Below, piece after piece: positions 46,230 to 58,151 of a stretch of 64,000 bases of DNA (within the stretch, counting starts at the first letter, position 1; the number at the start of each line of letters is the position of its first letter). The notes beneath the pieces are model-generated. The model did not search any database and had not been told where the DNA came from. It worked only from the letters and a program-made list of their open reading frames with translations. Source of the stretch: Myxococcales bacterium (GTDB lineage: Bacteria; Myxococcota_A; UBA9042); contig JBBISH010000005.1 in the NCBI GenBank assembly GCA_037441385.1, positions 1-64,000 of the forward strand, read 5' to 3'. Position numbers and translations under genes: made by a program.

Positions 46230-46934
46230 CTATAGAAGCCGAATTTCTTTGACCTCTGGGTCCGGCTGCAGGCATTCGGGCCCTTCGTGCCGCGCGTCAT
46301 TGACGTAGCGCGCCAGCCGGGTCGACTCAAAGAAGTCTGGCAACGGGCGCAGAAATTCCTGGAGATCACTGGCCGCCAGCGGCCCGGACTGCAGCCAGCG
46401 CGACCACGCTTGCTCCGGTAACACCACCGGCATGCGATCGTGAATTTGCGCAATCGGCTCGGCCGCGGCGCAGGTCAGCAGGCACGTGGTCCAAAGCGGC
46501 GGCGGCGGCTCCGCGTGCTCGCCCGGCGGCGTCCAGCGCTCGTACAAGGCCGCGACGGCAAAAGGCTCGCCAGTAGGTCGTCGAAAGTAATAGGGAACTT
46601 TGACCCGACCCTCGGTCGCCCACTCGAAGAAACCGTCCATCAGCAGCAGGCCCCGGCGGCGCTGCAAGGCCTCGCGAAAGGCCGGCTTCTCGGCCGCCGT
46701 CTCCGAGCGACCATTGGCCAACCGTGCGCCGATGCTGGGGTCTTTCGCCCAGCGCGGCACCAGACCCCACTGCATCACGGCGGCGCGGCGCGGCCCCGGC
46801 ACACTGGGCACCACCAGCACCGGCGATTGCGGCGCCACGTTGAAGCGATCGCCCAGGTCGGCCGGCAGCTCGGACAACTCGAATGCGCGCGCCAGCTCCT
46901 CGGGAGAGGTCTTTTGGGTAAAGCGACCACACAT
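46230..46934 (-). CDS. SOS response-associated peptidase (SRAP, YedK/HMCES family)
   Basis: MCGRF, FNVAP, WGLVP.W, NGRSET, FFEW, IHDRMPV. Confidence 0.92.
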   Translation of the reverse strand: MCGRFTQKTSPEELARAFELSELPADLGDRFNVAPQSPVLVVPSVPGPRRAAVMQWGLVPRWAKDPSIGARLANGRSETAAEKPAFREALQRRRGLLLMDGFFEWATEGRVKVPYYFRRPTGEPFAVAALYERWTPPGEHAEPPPPLWTTCLLTCAAAEPIAQIHDRMPVVLPEQAWSRWLQSGPLAASDLQEFLRPLPDFFESTRLARYVNDARHEGPECLQPDPEVKEIRLL

Positions 46935-47681
46935 CTAGGCGTGCCCGTCGTGGTTTCGGTTCACGACCCGCCACGCGCCACTCTCAAGGCGCTGGTGCGG
47001 CAAGTAGCCGGCCTTGTAGCGCATGGCCCGGCTCTCATCGATCACAAAGCCCAGGTACAGGTAGGGCAAGTGCCACTGGCGGCACAACTCAAGATGGACC
47101 ATCACGGAGAACACGCCGATCGAGAGGCCAGGCACATCGGGCTGGTAGTGGCAATAGACGGCGGACAGCGCGTCGTCGGCACGGTCAAAGATGGCCACAC
47201 CGACCAGCTGTTCACCCAAGTAGTAGCTGAGCTCCCAGGTGTCGGCGCACGACTCGACCAAGAAGGAGGAGTACTCCAGCTCGCCGATCGGGTCATCGCC
47301 GTGGTCCAGTCCGCGCAGACTGCGGTGGCGGTTGTACAAAGCAACCCGTTCGGCGTCGGCCTGGGGGCGCTGCAGCACCACCCGCAACCGGTTGCGGCCA
47401 CTGCGAAAAGCCCGCATTTGGGCGCTGCTCGGCTCGAACTTGGCCACCTCGATGCGGATCGGCGTGCAAGCGCGGCAATCTTGGCAGGCCGGCCGATACA
47501 ACAGCACGCCCTGCCGGCGATCGCCTTGGGCCAGGAGTTCGGCAAACTCGGCCGAGGCTACCCGCCGCACGGGCAGGCGCATGGGAAGGGTCGCCTCGCG
47601 GCCCGGCAAGTAAGGGCACGGATGGGGCGAAGCGTCGACCACCACTTGGGGCGGGCCGTCAAATGGGGTGCCAATGTCCAC
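46935..47681 (-). CDS. Arginyltransferase-family (Ate/Bpt aminoacyl-tRNA--protein transferase)
   Basis: HPCPYLPG, GDRRQG..LYRPAC..C.AC.PIRI, LSAVY, YLYLGF, MRYKA.Y.P. Confidence 0.88.
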   Translation of the reverse strand: MDIGTPFDGPPQVVVDASPHPCPYLPGREATLPMRLPVRRVASAEFAELLAQGDRRQGVLLYRPACQDCRACTPIRIEVAKFEPSSAQMRAFRSGRNRLRVVLQRPQADAERVALYNRHRSLRGLDHGDDPIGELEYSSFLVESCADTWELSYYLGEQLVGVAIFDRADDALSAVYCHYQPDVPGLSIGVFSVMVHLELCRQWHLPYLYLGFVIDESRAMRYKAGYLPHQRLESGAWRVVNRNHDGHA

Positions 47682-47685
47682 GCGG

Positions 47686-49122
<1,437 letters not shown>

Positions 49123-49149
49123 GCGCTCCCTCGCGTGGACGGGCTTATG

Positions 49150-50019
49150 TTACGAGGTTCTGTGGTCCTTGCCCAGGGCGGCCGCCGTCAAAGTGCGCGG
49201 GGTATGGTCTTGCAGACCCATCGCGAGGGCCGCCCATTGGGCATTGTCGAGCTCCTCGGCCCGCGCAGTGGGGCTGAGGCCAAGCGAATGCAACCCGTCG
49301 CGCACCGGCGCCGCCGGCCAGCCTGCCGTGGTCAAAGCGTTGACCAGGGTCTTGCGCCGCAGGGCAAAGCCGTCGCCAATGAGTTGCGACGCGATGGACC
49401 ACTCTGGCAGGGGCCATGGGCTCGGCCGCGGCCGCAGGACCACCACCGCGCTGTCCACGTTGGGCGGGGGCTGGAACGCGCCGCGACCGACCCGAAACGC
49501 CAGCTCGACCTCGGCGCGCAGTTGCAGTTTGACCGAGACTTGACCGCGATCGCCTCCGCGCGGCCCGGCCGCCATGCGCTCGGCCACCTCGCGCTGCACC
49601 ATGACCACCACTCGCTCGGGCTGCCGCGGGCTGTCGAGCAGGGCAAACACGATCGGCATGGCCGCGTAGTAGGGCAAGTTGCCGACCACGCTGGGTTGTG
49701 CGCCCAACTTGCCCAGCAACCCAGGCCAATCGACCGCCGCCGCATCGCCCATGTGCAGGGCAAACCGATCGCCAAAGCGCTGACGCAGCACTTCGGGCGT
49801 GCGCTGATCCACCTCGATGAGCAGCAGCGGGGGCGGCGGCTGGCGGCGATCCATGGCCGCAATCAGGTGTTCCGTCAGGTTGCCCGTACCGGGTCCGATC
49901 TCGACCACGCCGGTCGTGGCCGCGGTCATCGCCAAGTCGGCAATGCGCGCCAGCACGCGCTGATCGTGCAGGAAGTGCTGACCCAGGGACTTCTTGGGCG
50001 CGAGCGCCGGGTGGACCAT
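49150..50019 (-). CDS. rsmA: 16S rRNA dimethyladenosine transferase
   Basis: KKSLGQHFL, VEIGPGTG, VGNLPYY, MVQREVAER, FQPPPNVDSAV, RAEEL. Confidence 0.93.
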   Translation of the reverse strand: MVHPALAPKKSLGQHFLHDQRVLARIADLAMTAATTGVVEIGPGTGNLTEHLIAAMDRRQPPPPLLLIEVDQRTPEVLRQRFGDRFALHMGDAAAVDWPGLLGKLGAQPSVVGNLPYYAAMPIVFALLDSPRQPERVVVMVQREVAERMAAGPRGGDRGQVSVKLQLRAEVELAFRVGRGAFQPPPNVDSAVVVLRPRPSPWPLPEWSIASQLIGDGFALRRKTLVNALTTAGWPAAPVRDGLHSLGLSPTARAEELDNAQWAALAMGLQDHTPRTLTAAALGKDHRTS

Positions 50020-50074
50020 GCGGGCCTCGTTCTTGCTGGCCTGGGACCGTCGGGCGCGATCCGCTGGACCACGT

Positions 50075-51178
50075 TCAGGCGGCGCCGGCGGCCAATCGGC
50101 GCACTTCGCCTGTGGCCAGGGCGTCGAGTTTGCGCGGATCGTCGCGCAAACCCAACTGCAGCAGGGACTCGCCCAACCCGGCGACCATCGCCCCGTTGTC
50201 TGTGCAATAGGCCGGGGGGACGGGCCAAAATCGCACGCGCTGGCGTTGGCACGCCGCCGCGAGCGCCTGTCGCAACGCCGAATTGGCCGCGACGCCGCCC
50301 GCAAGCACCAGATCGCGCAGGCCATGCCGTTGGGTATTGGCCAACGTGACTCGCACCAGCTGCTCTAGGATGGCCGCCTGGAACGCCGCGCACAGGTCGC
50401 GGGTCGCTTGCTCGCGCTCGGGCGCCGGCAGCCCGGCCGGTAGCTCGGCCAGGGCCAGGCGTGCCGCGGTCTTGAGACCCGAAAACGAGTAGGCCCCGTC
50501 GTCGCGCCCGAGCATGCCGCGAGGCAAACGGAAACGCGCCGGATTTCCCAACGCGGCCGCACGCTCGACGTTTGGACCGCCCGGATAGGGGATGTCCAGG
50601 AGTTTGGCCAGTTTGTCGAAGGCCTCGCCGGCAGCGTCATCCAGGCTGCGTCCCAGCAGCTCGAATCGGTCGGGGCCACGCACGGCGTAGAGGCTGGTAT
50701 GGCCGCCCGAAACCGCCAGCGCCGCGAAGGGCAGCCGCGGCACCGGCCAGCGGTCGGTCGTGTCCAGTGGAGGTCGCAGAAAAGTGGCCCAAACATGGGC
50801 ATGGATGTGGTCCACGCCGATCAGCGGCTTGTTCCAGGTCCAAGCCAGCGCCTTGGCCGTTTGGACGCCCACCAGCAGCGCCCCGATTAGCCCGGGGCGG
50901 TTGGTCACGGCGATGCCGGTGAGTTGCTGGGGCTGCAGCGCGGCGTCGGTCAGCACGGCTTGGATCGTCGGCAGCACGGTCAGCAGGTGATTGCGGGCCG
51001 CGACTTCGGGCACCACCCCGCCAAACCGCTGATGGATGGGCACCTGGCTCGCCACCCGGTGGGCCAACACCACGCCACCGTGAACCACGGCTGCGGCCGT
51101 CTCGTCGCACGACGTCTCGAGCCCAAGGACCGGGCCAAGCGTGAAACCAACGGAAATAGCAGAAGTGTCGGCTGCCAA
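50075..51178 (-). CDS. tsaD: tRNA N6-adenosine threonylcarbamoyltransferase (start approximate)
   Basis: LGLETSCDETA, GGVVPEVAAR, PGLIGAL, HIHAH, VSGGHT, DDAAGEAFDK, SFSGLKT, CTDNGAM. Confidence 0.93.
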   Translation of the reverse strand: MAADTSAISVGFTLGPVLGLETSCDETAAAVVHGGVVLAHRVASQVPIHQRFGGVVPEVAARNHLLTVLPTIQAVLTDAALQPQQLTGIAVTNRPGLIGALLVGVQTAKALAWTWNKPLIGVDHIHAHVWATFLRPPLDTTDRWPVPRLPFAALAVSGGHTSLYAVRGPDRFELLGRSLDDAAGEAFDKLAKLLDIPYPGGPNVERAAALGNPARFRLPRGMLGRDDGAYSFSGLKTAARLALAELPAGLPAPEREQATRDLCAAFQAAILEQLVRVTLANTQRHGLRDLVLAGGVAANSALRQALAAACQRQRVRFWPVPPAYCTDNGAMVAGLGESLLQLGLRDDPRKLDALATGEVRRLAAGAA

Positions 51179-51207
51179 AGTCGCCCCAGAGATCGGCGAA
51201 GTCGCCG

Positions 51208-53349
51208 CTACAGGCCGGCGGCCGGACCGGCGGCGGTCGGCGGCGCACCAAAGACGTGGTGATAGAGGCGGCGGGCGCGGTCGCGGTGCTGGGCGTCGCT
51301 GCGCGTCAGGTACGACGAGAGTTCGCGCTGACTGGCCACAAAGTCCTTGGCCTCGATGTCGAGCACGGCCAGGTGCAGCAGAGTCTCGGCCGGAGCCTGG
51401 GGCTCGCCGGCCAGTTCGCGCAGTTGGGTGCGCGCGCGGTCGCTGTGGCCGTTGTCGATGAGCTCGATCGCTGCGTGATAGCGCTGCAGCTGCGGCGAAG
51501 TGCTCTGGCTCGAGCTGTGCGGAATCACCAACCACACGACAACCGAGAGCGCGAGCACGGCTGCCACCACCCACGGCCAATTCTTGGGCTTGAGGAGAGG
51601 ATTTTGCTTGGGCGCTGGCGGCTCGGGCGTCTCTTCGTCCAACTGTGCCGTGGGAATCCACGCATAGGGTCGCTCGCTGCCGCGCAGGTCGCCGGGACCC
51701 GGCTGGGCACTCGAGATCCTTGCGCCCGCCGCCGGGCCTGCCACCAGGCGGTCGCCATCCATGTTTCGGTCGACGACGCGCACACTGGAGTGGGCGCGGC
51801 GCCCATCCATGGTCGGGGGTACCTCGGCTTCGTTGGCCTCGCCCGAGGCGACGCCGAACCAACCCGTCACCGGACCTGGTTTGCGCGCGCTGGCCGTTGC
51901 CAAGAGCGACGAGGCTGGGCGGCTGCGCAGCACCGTCTCGGGCTGGATTCCCCGTACCGTGGTGGCGTCTTGCGAGAAGTCGCCCGAGGCGTGCCGCCGA
52001 CCTGGCAGCGAGTCGGGGATCCGGTCGCCTTGGGGTGCCGGCGTGTATTGCGGAGTGACGGGCTTGTAGTTGGGCGTGGCGAACGCCGCGGTCGGGTCGG
52101 CCGGTACCGGGGCAGCCGTCGTTCCGTGCGGCGCCGTTGTGCGGACGGCGCTTCCAGGAGCGGCCGCGGGGCCCGGCAGATCCGGCACCGCGGATTCGGC
52201 GGCGGTGGGGGGCACCGGGTCGGTCACGCGGTACAAGTTGGTGCTGGGGTGCGAGTGCTTGCGTTCAGGGAGCTGCGCCCCTTGAATCATCGCGGTTTGC
52301 GCGGTCTCGAACCCGCCGGACGCCCCCGGCCGCCGCATGCCGGCCAGCAAGCTGGTAGGGGGGGCGACTTCTGGCGCCGCCGCGACCTTGGAGGCGGGTT
52401 CGACCAGCGGCACCACGGCGCCGCGCTTGATGCGTGCCTCTAGGGCTGCAAAGGCCTCGAGTTCGTCGTCGCCCTCGCCGGCGATCGCGTCGCCCAGAGT
52501 CAGACCCGTGGCGATGCGGCGAAACAGTGCTTCGGCCACCACCGGCAGGGGGCGGACCCGCTCCCATCGCACCGTGCAGACGCTGTCCAAGTACGGGAGG
52601 TTCAGGCGGGCTTCGTCGACGCGGCGTGCGTACTCTTGCGCCACCGCGAGCAAGGCGAGCGAAGAGCCGGCGAGGCTGGGTTGGCCGCCCCAGGCGGTCG
52701 CGTCCAGCGCAAAGCTGCCGTGCTTCCAGGTCGCGATCCGTTCAAGGGCGTGGCGGCCGGCGGCATCGTCGACCTCGGCGTGGACCAGCACACCTTCGAC
52801 CAGCGCGACCATGCCCTGACGATCGCCCGAGGACAAGTGGATGGTGGCGGTGCGCCCGGCGCCGGGGCGCGGGATGCGATCGATCAGCCCGCCCAACAGG
52901 TCTAGAAGATTCTCGTTTTGCAGATCGCCGGTGCGCAGCTCGCGCGACACGGACGAGGGACGCTCGGCGGCGGCAGACACCAGATCAACAAGATCTTCGG
53001 CGGTTACTGGGCGTACCGCGACGCCAGCCCAGCCGTTGCTGTCGATGTACTTGGCTGCCGTATCCCGCTGACTGCGCAGCACCACCGCGACAAAGGCCGG
53101 GGCCGGCGGCACGCTCTGCAGCGACTCCCATAGCCCAACCGCCTGAGATAGCTCACGAAACGCGGCAACCACCACGACGGCGTGGGTAGCCTGCCCGTGC
53201 AATTCGGCGATCTGTTGCACCGCCGCCGCGGCATCGCGCACAGCATGGGCCGGCGCGCCCGCCTGGACCAAATCCAACGCGAGCATCCCCGCTTCGATAG
53301 GATCATCAGCAACGACGATAACTTGCAGATTGGATGGAAGCGGCGACAT
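51208..53349 (-). CDS. Pseudo-receiver + DUF4388 domain membrane protein with C-terminal TPR
   Basis: Degenerate receiver, GDL...LLDLL...G.LVHAE...G..AL..I..W..G.F, low-complexity linker, TM, TPR. Confidence 0.7.
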   Translation of the reverse strand: MSPLPSNLQVIVVADDPIEAGMLALDLVQAGAPAHAVRDAAAAVQQIAELHGQATHAVVVVAAFRELSQAVGLWESLQSVPPAPAFVAVVLRSQRDTAAKYIDSNGWAGVAVRPVTAEDLVDLVSAAAERPSSVSRELRTGDLQNENLLDLLGGLIDRIPRPGAGRTATIHLSSGDRQGMVALVEGVLVHAEVDDAAGRHALERIATWKHGSFALDATAWGGQPSLAGSSLALLAVAQEYARRVDEARLNLPYLDSVCTVRWERVRPLPVVAEALFRRIATGLTLGDAIAGEGDDELEAFAALEARIKRGAVVPLVEPASKVAAAPEVAPPTSLLAGMRRPGASGGFETAQTAMIQGAQLPERKHSHPSTNLYRVTDPVPPTAAESAVPDLPGPAAAPGSAVRTTAPHGTTAAPVPADPTAAFATPNYKPVTPQYTPAPQGDRIPDSLPGRRHASGDFSQDATTVRGIQPETVLRSRPASSLLATASARKPGPVTGWFGVASGEANEAEVPPTMDGRRAHSSVRVVDRNMDGDRLVAGPAAGARISSAQPGPGDLRGSERPYAWIPTAQLDEETPEPPAPKQNPLLKPKNWPWVVAAVLALSVVVWLVIPHSSSQSTSPQLQRYHAAIELIDNGHSDRARTQLRELAGEPQAPAETLLHLAVLDIEAKDFVASQRELSSYLTRSDAQHRDRARRLYHHVFGAPPTAAGPAAGL

Positions 53350-53528
53350 CGCACCCGGACGGAGTTCCACACTCCGGGCGCGGATCATGCCCGAATTTGC
53401 AGCCCGGTGCAAAAACACCAAAACCGCGAGCGCAGCTAGGGCAACTCGCGGTTTGGTTTGGACGAAGCGCCGTCGAACCTAGATTCCGGCAACTGGGAGC
53501 CGGTCTGGTTCGACGCGGACCGCTTTGC

Positions 53529-53876
53529 TTACTTGACCAGCGTGTCGATCTTGCCCGACAGGATGAACGCGATCACCAGCGAGTAGATGACCAGCGATTC
53601 GATCAGCGCGAGCGAGAGGAGCAAGGGAGTGAACAGTTCCTTGCTGGCGGCGGGGTTGCGGCCGATGCCCTCGAGAGCGGCGGCGGCAGCCTTGCCCTGA
53701 CCCAGCGCGCCACCGATGGCGGCGAGGCCCAGGCCCAGACCAGCCGACAGCGCCAAAGCGGCGGCGACAGTCTCTTTGTTGTCGGCAGCGCCGCCATCAG
53801 CAAAGGCGGTGCTGGCGAACAGCAGCATGGTGGCGACGAACGTCAGGGCGGCCGTCAGATTGCGCTTGAACATCAT
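53529..53876 (-). CDS. atpE: ATP synthase F0 subunit c
   Basis: GLGLGLAAIGGALGQG..AALEGIGRNP...LALIESLVIY; GGAGG RBS. Confidence 0.95.
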   Translation of the reverse strand: MMFKRNLTAALTFVATMLLFASTAFADGGAADNKETVAAALALSAGLGLGLAAIGGALGQGKAAAAALEGIGRNPAASKELFTPLLLSLALIESLVIYSLVIAFILSGKIDTLVK

Positions 53877-53946
53877 CAGAATCCTCCAGATACGGACGGC
53901 CGCAGCCGTCGCAGGGGTAGCCAGGCAGAGCCCTTCTGCCGTGCGT

Positions 53947-55002
53947 TTAGTGGTGGGAATGACCCTCACCGTGATCGTGACCATGGTCGTCGTGGACCGC
54001 GACGGCCATCGACAGGTACACCGTCGTCAGCAGCGTGAACACCACGGTCTGCACGACGACCACCACCATACCCAGCGCCATCACGGGCAACGGCACCAGG
54101 GGCAGGTGGAAGTTCAAGAAATTCTCCATGACCTTGTGGTCGCCGTACATGTTGCCCAGCAGACGCAGCGACAGCGACATGGGGCGCACACAGTGCGACA
54201 CGATCTCGATGATGACCATGAGCGGCGCCAGGAAGATCACCGGGCCGGCGAAGTGCTTGGCGTAGTTGACCACGCCCTGCACCCGGATGCCCGAGATGTG
54301 GGTGGCGAAGAACACCGTCAAGCCCATGACGATATTGGTGTTCAGGTTGTCCGTGGCCGGGTCACCCAGCGGCAGCAAGGCTAGGGCGTTCATGGTGAAG
54401 ATGTAGAGCGCCAGGGTCGCCACCAGCGGGAAGTGCCGGCGGGCTTCCACTTCGCCCATCATACCTTTCATCATGTTCCAGACGGCGCCGATGACGTACT
54501 CGAAGAACAGCGTCATGCCGATCTTGCGCTCGGGCAGCACGCCGACGTCGGGGTTGGCATTGAGCCGGCCGCGCACGGCAAACGCGCCGCCCAGCAGGAT
54601 CAGCACGGCGATGAAGGCGAAGAACACGTGGGTGACGTGGCCGTCGGTCGAGAAGGGCTGGCCGTCGATGAGCGTCTTTTCGAAGGCCGTGCCACGCAGG
54701 GCGTCTTCGATCTTGCCGCGCAGGGCCACAGTGCCGTCGTGCTCGGCGTTCTTGCCCAGGATCAGCGAGAGCACCGTAAAGGGCTCGGGGTGAGCGTGGC
54801 GGTGCTCGCCGTGGCCCGCCTGGTGGCCGCCTTGCTCGCCCGCTGCGTGCTCGGTGGCGGGGGCGCCATGCTCGGGCGCTTGTTCTGCGACCGCGAGTCC
54901 GCTGCCGAGCATCAGCGCGGTGGCCAGCAAGGGCGCGAGCCAGCGGCGCAGGCCAAAGAAGGTGCTAGTATTGAGCCGTTGCGTCATGGATGGCATCCCC
55001 AA
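53947..55002 (-). CDS. atpB: ATP synthase F0 subunit a
   Basis: PATDNLN, IEIVSHCVRPMSLSLRLLGNM.GDH, QTVVFTLLTTVY. Confidence 0.93.
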   Translation of the reverse strand: MGMPSMTQRLNTSTFFGLRRWLAPLLATALMLGSGLAVAEQAPEHGAPATEHAAGEQGGHQAGHGEHRHAHPEPFTVLSLILGKNAEHDGTVALRGKIEDALRGTAFEKTLIDGQPFSTDGHVTHVFFAFIAVLILLGGAFAVRGRLNANPDVGVLPERKIGMTLFFEYVIGAVWNMMKGMMGEVEARRHFPLVATLALYIFTMNALALLPLGDPATDNLNTNIVMGLTVFFATHISGIRVQGVVNYAKHFAGPVIFLAPLMVIIEIVSHCVRPMSLSLRLLGNMYGDHKVMENFLNFHLPLVPLPVMALGMVVVVVQTVVFTLLTTVYLSMAVAVHDDHGHDHGEGHSHH

Positions 55003-55006
55003 TCGC

Positions 55007-55396
55007 TCAAGGCTGCGAGGGCGGCGTAGCGCCCGGCGTGCGGGTTTGAAGGGTGGCGGCCAGGAGCAAGCCCAGCGGCGCCCCCGAGAATCCGACCAAG
55101 AAGCCGATGAGCGGCATGGGCACCAGGTAGATCGTCAAGCCCACCACTGCGCACAGCGCCGCGAGCTTGACAGCCAGCAGCAAAACCGCGCGGTTGCGAG
55201 CGCTGGGATCCCCTTCGACCAGGCGCTTGGCCACCCACGTCAACACCAGGATGTTCGCCGCACCGATCAGCGCACCCACCGCGATCGCCAGCGTCCAGCG
55301 CGGACCGCCCAACCAGCCGCCCAGCGACGCAAACAGCAGCGACGCCAGGACATGCTGGCGCAGTGTTGCGGGGAGGATGGTCTGCAGGTCGGGCAT
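55007..55396 (-). CDS. atpI: ATP synthase subunit I
   Basis: Four-TM 129-aa protein immediately upstream of atpB. Confidence 0.7.
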   Translation of the reverse strand: MPDLQTILPATLRQHVLASLLFASLGGWLGGPRWTLAIAVGALIGAANILVLTWVAKRLVEGDPSARNRAVLLLAVKLAALCAVVGLTIYLVPMPLIGFLVGFSGAPLGLLLAATLQTRTPGATPPSQP

Positions 55397-55959
55397 GGGA
55401 CTCGCGGGCTTGGGGTGGATGATCGCGGGCCGACCGCTGCGCTGGGCCTGGGCGGCGGCGGTGTTGATCGACGATGACCAGAATAAGTGTAGAGGTCTTG
55501 CGTAGTTGCGTGGTCAGGTGATCAGCCGAGACACCCTTTGACGCCGCCAATCCGGCCGGAAACTTGCGGCGTCGTCACAACCCAGTCACCGGGTTTTGGC
55601 TGTTCAACTCCACAGAACTGCGCTTATTTTTCCTTGGCTGCCGGGGCAAACCCAGCTGCGCGCGGCCGGCTTCGTACCATGCAGACGCGGTGCGGTCAAG
55701 GTGCCGCGCCCGCCCCGATCCGCCGCCTTGGGCGCAACTCGGCGTTGCTGCGTTGCTACTCTTCATGCGGCGACTGCTAGGTCGCCTCAGTCGCTCCGCT
55801 TCTTGCGCCCTGATTTGCATCTCAAATCGGCGGCCGGGGCGAATTTCGGTGGTGGATCCTGGCCCGAGCGTTGAATCGCGGCGGCCGAAAATGCGTATAC
55901 TTGCGGTGCGCCAACTCGATGGAACCGGACCGCGAGCATCGGCGCCTTTGGAGGATCGG

Positions 55960-56982
55960 ATGTTCACCAGCGTCTCTTGGAACCCCCTGACCCGTCGGCC
56001 GGTAGCCTTGGCCGCCGTGTTGCTGCTTGCGAGCGTGCTGGGCGGCTGTGTGTCGCAGCAGACCGGCAAGTCTGGCCTGCTCAAGTTCACCTATGCGGCG
56101 GACGACGACGTGCTCGACTTCAACAAGCCCATCGCGGTGGGGGCCAAGCTGGACCTGGTGATTACCGCGGTAGACGGCGGCAAGGCCGCGACCGTGCAAG
56201 CTGCCACGTCGACGGACCCAACCTCGCTGTCCATCGTCGGGTTCTCGGGCAACAAGGTCACCGTGCAGTCCAACGCCGTGGGCAACGCCACCATCAACGT
56301 CAGCGCACGCACCTCGGCCGGCAAGGACGTGACCGATTCCATCGACATGCGCACCGGCAAAGCGCTGAGCGTCAAGCTCACCACGGGATGCGGCGGGACC
56401 GGGACGCCGCTCTACCTGACGGGGCGGAACATCTTTGTGCCGTACGATCTGTTCGGTGCCAACAATACCCCTGCGATTGGCTACGGTTACCACCCCTTGA
56501 CCATCGCGCCGGCGGCCGGCCTGGCCCTGGATGCGACGAGCACGGCTCAGTGGGCCTACGCGTACCGCACCGGCAACACGCCGGGCACGGTGACGCTGTC
56601 CAGCACCCTGGACAAGAACAGCTGGGCGCTGCAGTTGGTCGACGAAGGCGCGATCGACGGCGCCAAGCTGGATATGCCGACGAACACGCTGGTTTTGGCC
56701 GGGACCACCGCGATTGTCTACGCGCGGCCTACGGTGGGCGGCCAGCCGCTGTGCCAAGCCGACGCCACCTTTGCCGTCAAGACGCAGACGACAGACATTT
56801 GCGAGGTCAAAGCCGCCGGCCAGCAGCCCACTTCGCAGAGCATTGACGGTTGGAGCTTCGTCGAGGTCAAAGGACTGGCGGTGGGCGTGTGCAAGTTCGA
56901 CGTGACGTGGCAGAACGCCAAGGGCGGCGCCGGGATCACCCAGACTTTGCAGGTCGACGTGGGCAAGGTGCAAAAGCCCTGA
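55960..56982 (+). CDS. Hypothetical beta-rich (Ig-like) lipoprotein
   Basis: GGAGG RBS before ATG 55960; lipobox LGGC; Thr/Gly/Val-rich. Confidence 0.7.
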   Translation: MFTSVSWNPLTRRPVALAAVLLLASVLGGCVSQQTGKSGLLKFTYAADDDVLDFNKPIAVGAKLDLVITAVDGGKAATVQAATSTDPTSLSIVGFSGNKVTVQSNAVGNATINVSARTSAGKDVTDSIDMRTGKALSVKLTTGCGGTGTPLYLTGRNIFVPYDLFGANNTPAIGYGYHPLTIAPAAGLALDATSTAQWAYAYRTGNTPGTVTLSSTLDKNSWALQLVDEGAIDGAKLDMPTNTLVLAGTTAIVYARPTVGGQPLCQADATFAVKTQTTDICEVKAAGQQPTSQSIDGWSFVEVKGLAVGVCKFDVTWQNAKGGAGITQTLQVDVGKVQKP

Positions 56983-57046
56983 TGGCAGCCCCAGTTCGAG
57001 TCCAGGGAACTTCTCGGCGACGCTGACCGATTTCGATGGACGCCTG

Positions 57047-57730
57047 ATGATTCGCCTGCAGACGCCGCCCCTGGCTGGCAAGCCCCGTATCGATGAGTTG
57101 GAACTCTGGTGTCGCAGCCAGGGGTTGTGGCCTGTGCTGGGAACCGACGAGGTCGGGCGCGGACCGCTGGCGGGGCCGGTGGTGGCGGCGGCGGTCGTGC
57201 TGGGCGACGAGGTGCCGCCGGGGCTGAACGACAGCAAGAAACTGTCTGAGATGGCACGTGAAAGGCTGGTTCCCCAGATCGAGGCCAGCGCGCTGGCCTG
57301 GGCGATCGAGCCGGCGTGGCCCGCCGAGATCGACGAAAAGAACATCCTGGGCGCGTCGCTGGCGGCGATGCAGCGCGCCTGTGACCGTGTTATCGCGGAC
57401 CTGGAAGAGCGCGGGCTGGAACTGCCGGCCGTCTTGCTGATCGACGGCAATCAGCCGCTGCGGCAGTGGCAGGTGTCGGCGCAGGCGACGGCGGTGCAGG
57501 GCGACGGGCGTTCGCTGGCCATCGCCGCGGCGTCGGTGTTGGCCAAGGTGTGGCGCGACCGCCACATGGTCGAGGCCGAAAGCCACTATCCCGGCTACGG
57601 TTTCGCGCAGCACAAAGGCTACCCCACGCCGGTGCATCTGGCGGCGCTGCAGAAGCTGGGACCGTGTCCGCTGCACCGCCGCTCTTTTGCGCCGGTGCGG
57701 CAGCAGGGGCTGTTTGGCGATGGCGCCTGA
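57047..57730 (+). CDS. rnhB: Ribonuclease HII
   Basis: GTDEVGRGPLAGPVVAAAV, LNDSKKL, LIDGN, IAAASVLAKVWRD, HKGYPT, HRRSF. Confidence 0.95.
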   Translation: MIRLQTPPLAGKPRIDELELWCRSQGLWPVLGTDEVGRGPLAGPVVAAAVVLGDEVPPGLNDSKKLSEMARERLVPQIEASALAWAIEPAWPAEIDEKNILGASLAAMQRACDRVIADLEERGLELPAVLLIDGNQPLRQWQVSAQATAVQGDGRSLAIAAASVLAKVWRDRHMVEAESHYPGYGFAQHKGYPTPVHLAALQKLGPCPLHRRSFAPVRQQGLFGDGA

Positions 57731-58121
57731 GGTTTCGCCGAGCCGGGCGCGCAAGCTCGCCGATCACGAAACCGGTCGCCGCGGTGAAGAGCTGGCCCTG
57801 CAGGTGGCGCGCGCGCGCGGCTGGCAGCCGTGGCAGCGGCAAGTCCGCGAGGGCAGGACCGAAATTGACTTGGCGCTGGTTCGCGACGAGGCGGACGGCC
57901 GGCACCTGTTGCTGATCGAGGTCAAGACCACCCGCGGCGCCGGCATCGATCACGCGCTGCGCTGGGGCCCGGCCCAACGGCGGCGGCTGTGGCGTGCGGC
58001 GGAACCGCTGATGCGGCAAGCCAATGCCTGCGAAGTATCCGTGGCGCTGGTGTTGGTGCGGCTGGCGCGCGATCACCACACCTTGACGTGGCTGGACGCG
58101 CCGCCCGACCTGGGCTTCTAA
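57720..58121 (+). CDS. YraN (UPF0102) family protein
   Basis: GRRGEELA, EIDL, IEVKT; conserved position after rnhB. Confidence 0.8.
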   Translation: MAPEVSPSRARKLADHETGRRGEELALQVARARGWQPWQRQVREGRTEIDLALVRDEADGRHLLLIEVKTTRGAGIDHALRWGPAQRRRLWRAAEPLMRQANACEVSVALVLVRLARDHHTLTWLDAPPDLGF

Positions 58122-58151
58122 GCGCGCCGCCTTCGCGGTAGCCTGACGACC

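Noticed and set aside
46935..46990. SOS box upstream of the SRAP gene
   Set aside because: No match to the lexA/recA palindrome; the gene abuts the upstream ORF and is probably co-transcribed.
56985..57015. GTTCGAGTCC tRNA T-loop-like motif
   Set aside because: The T-stem pairs poorly and no cloverleaf can be built.
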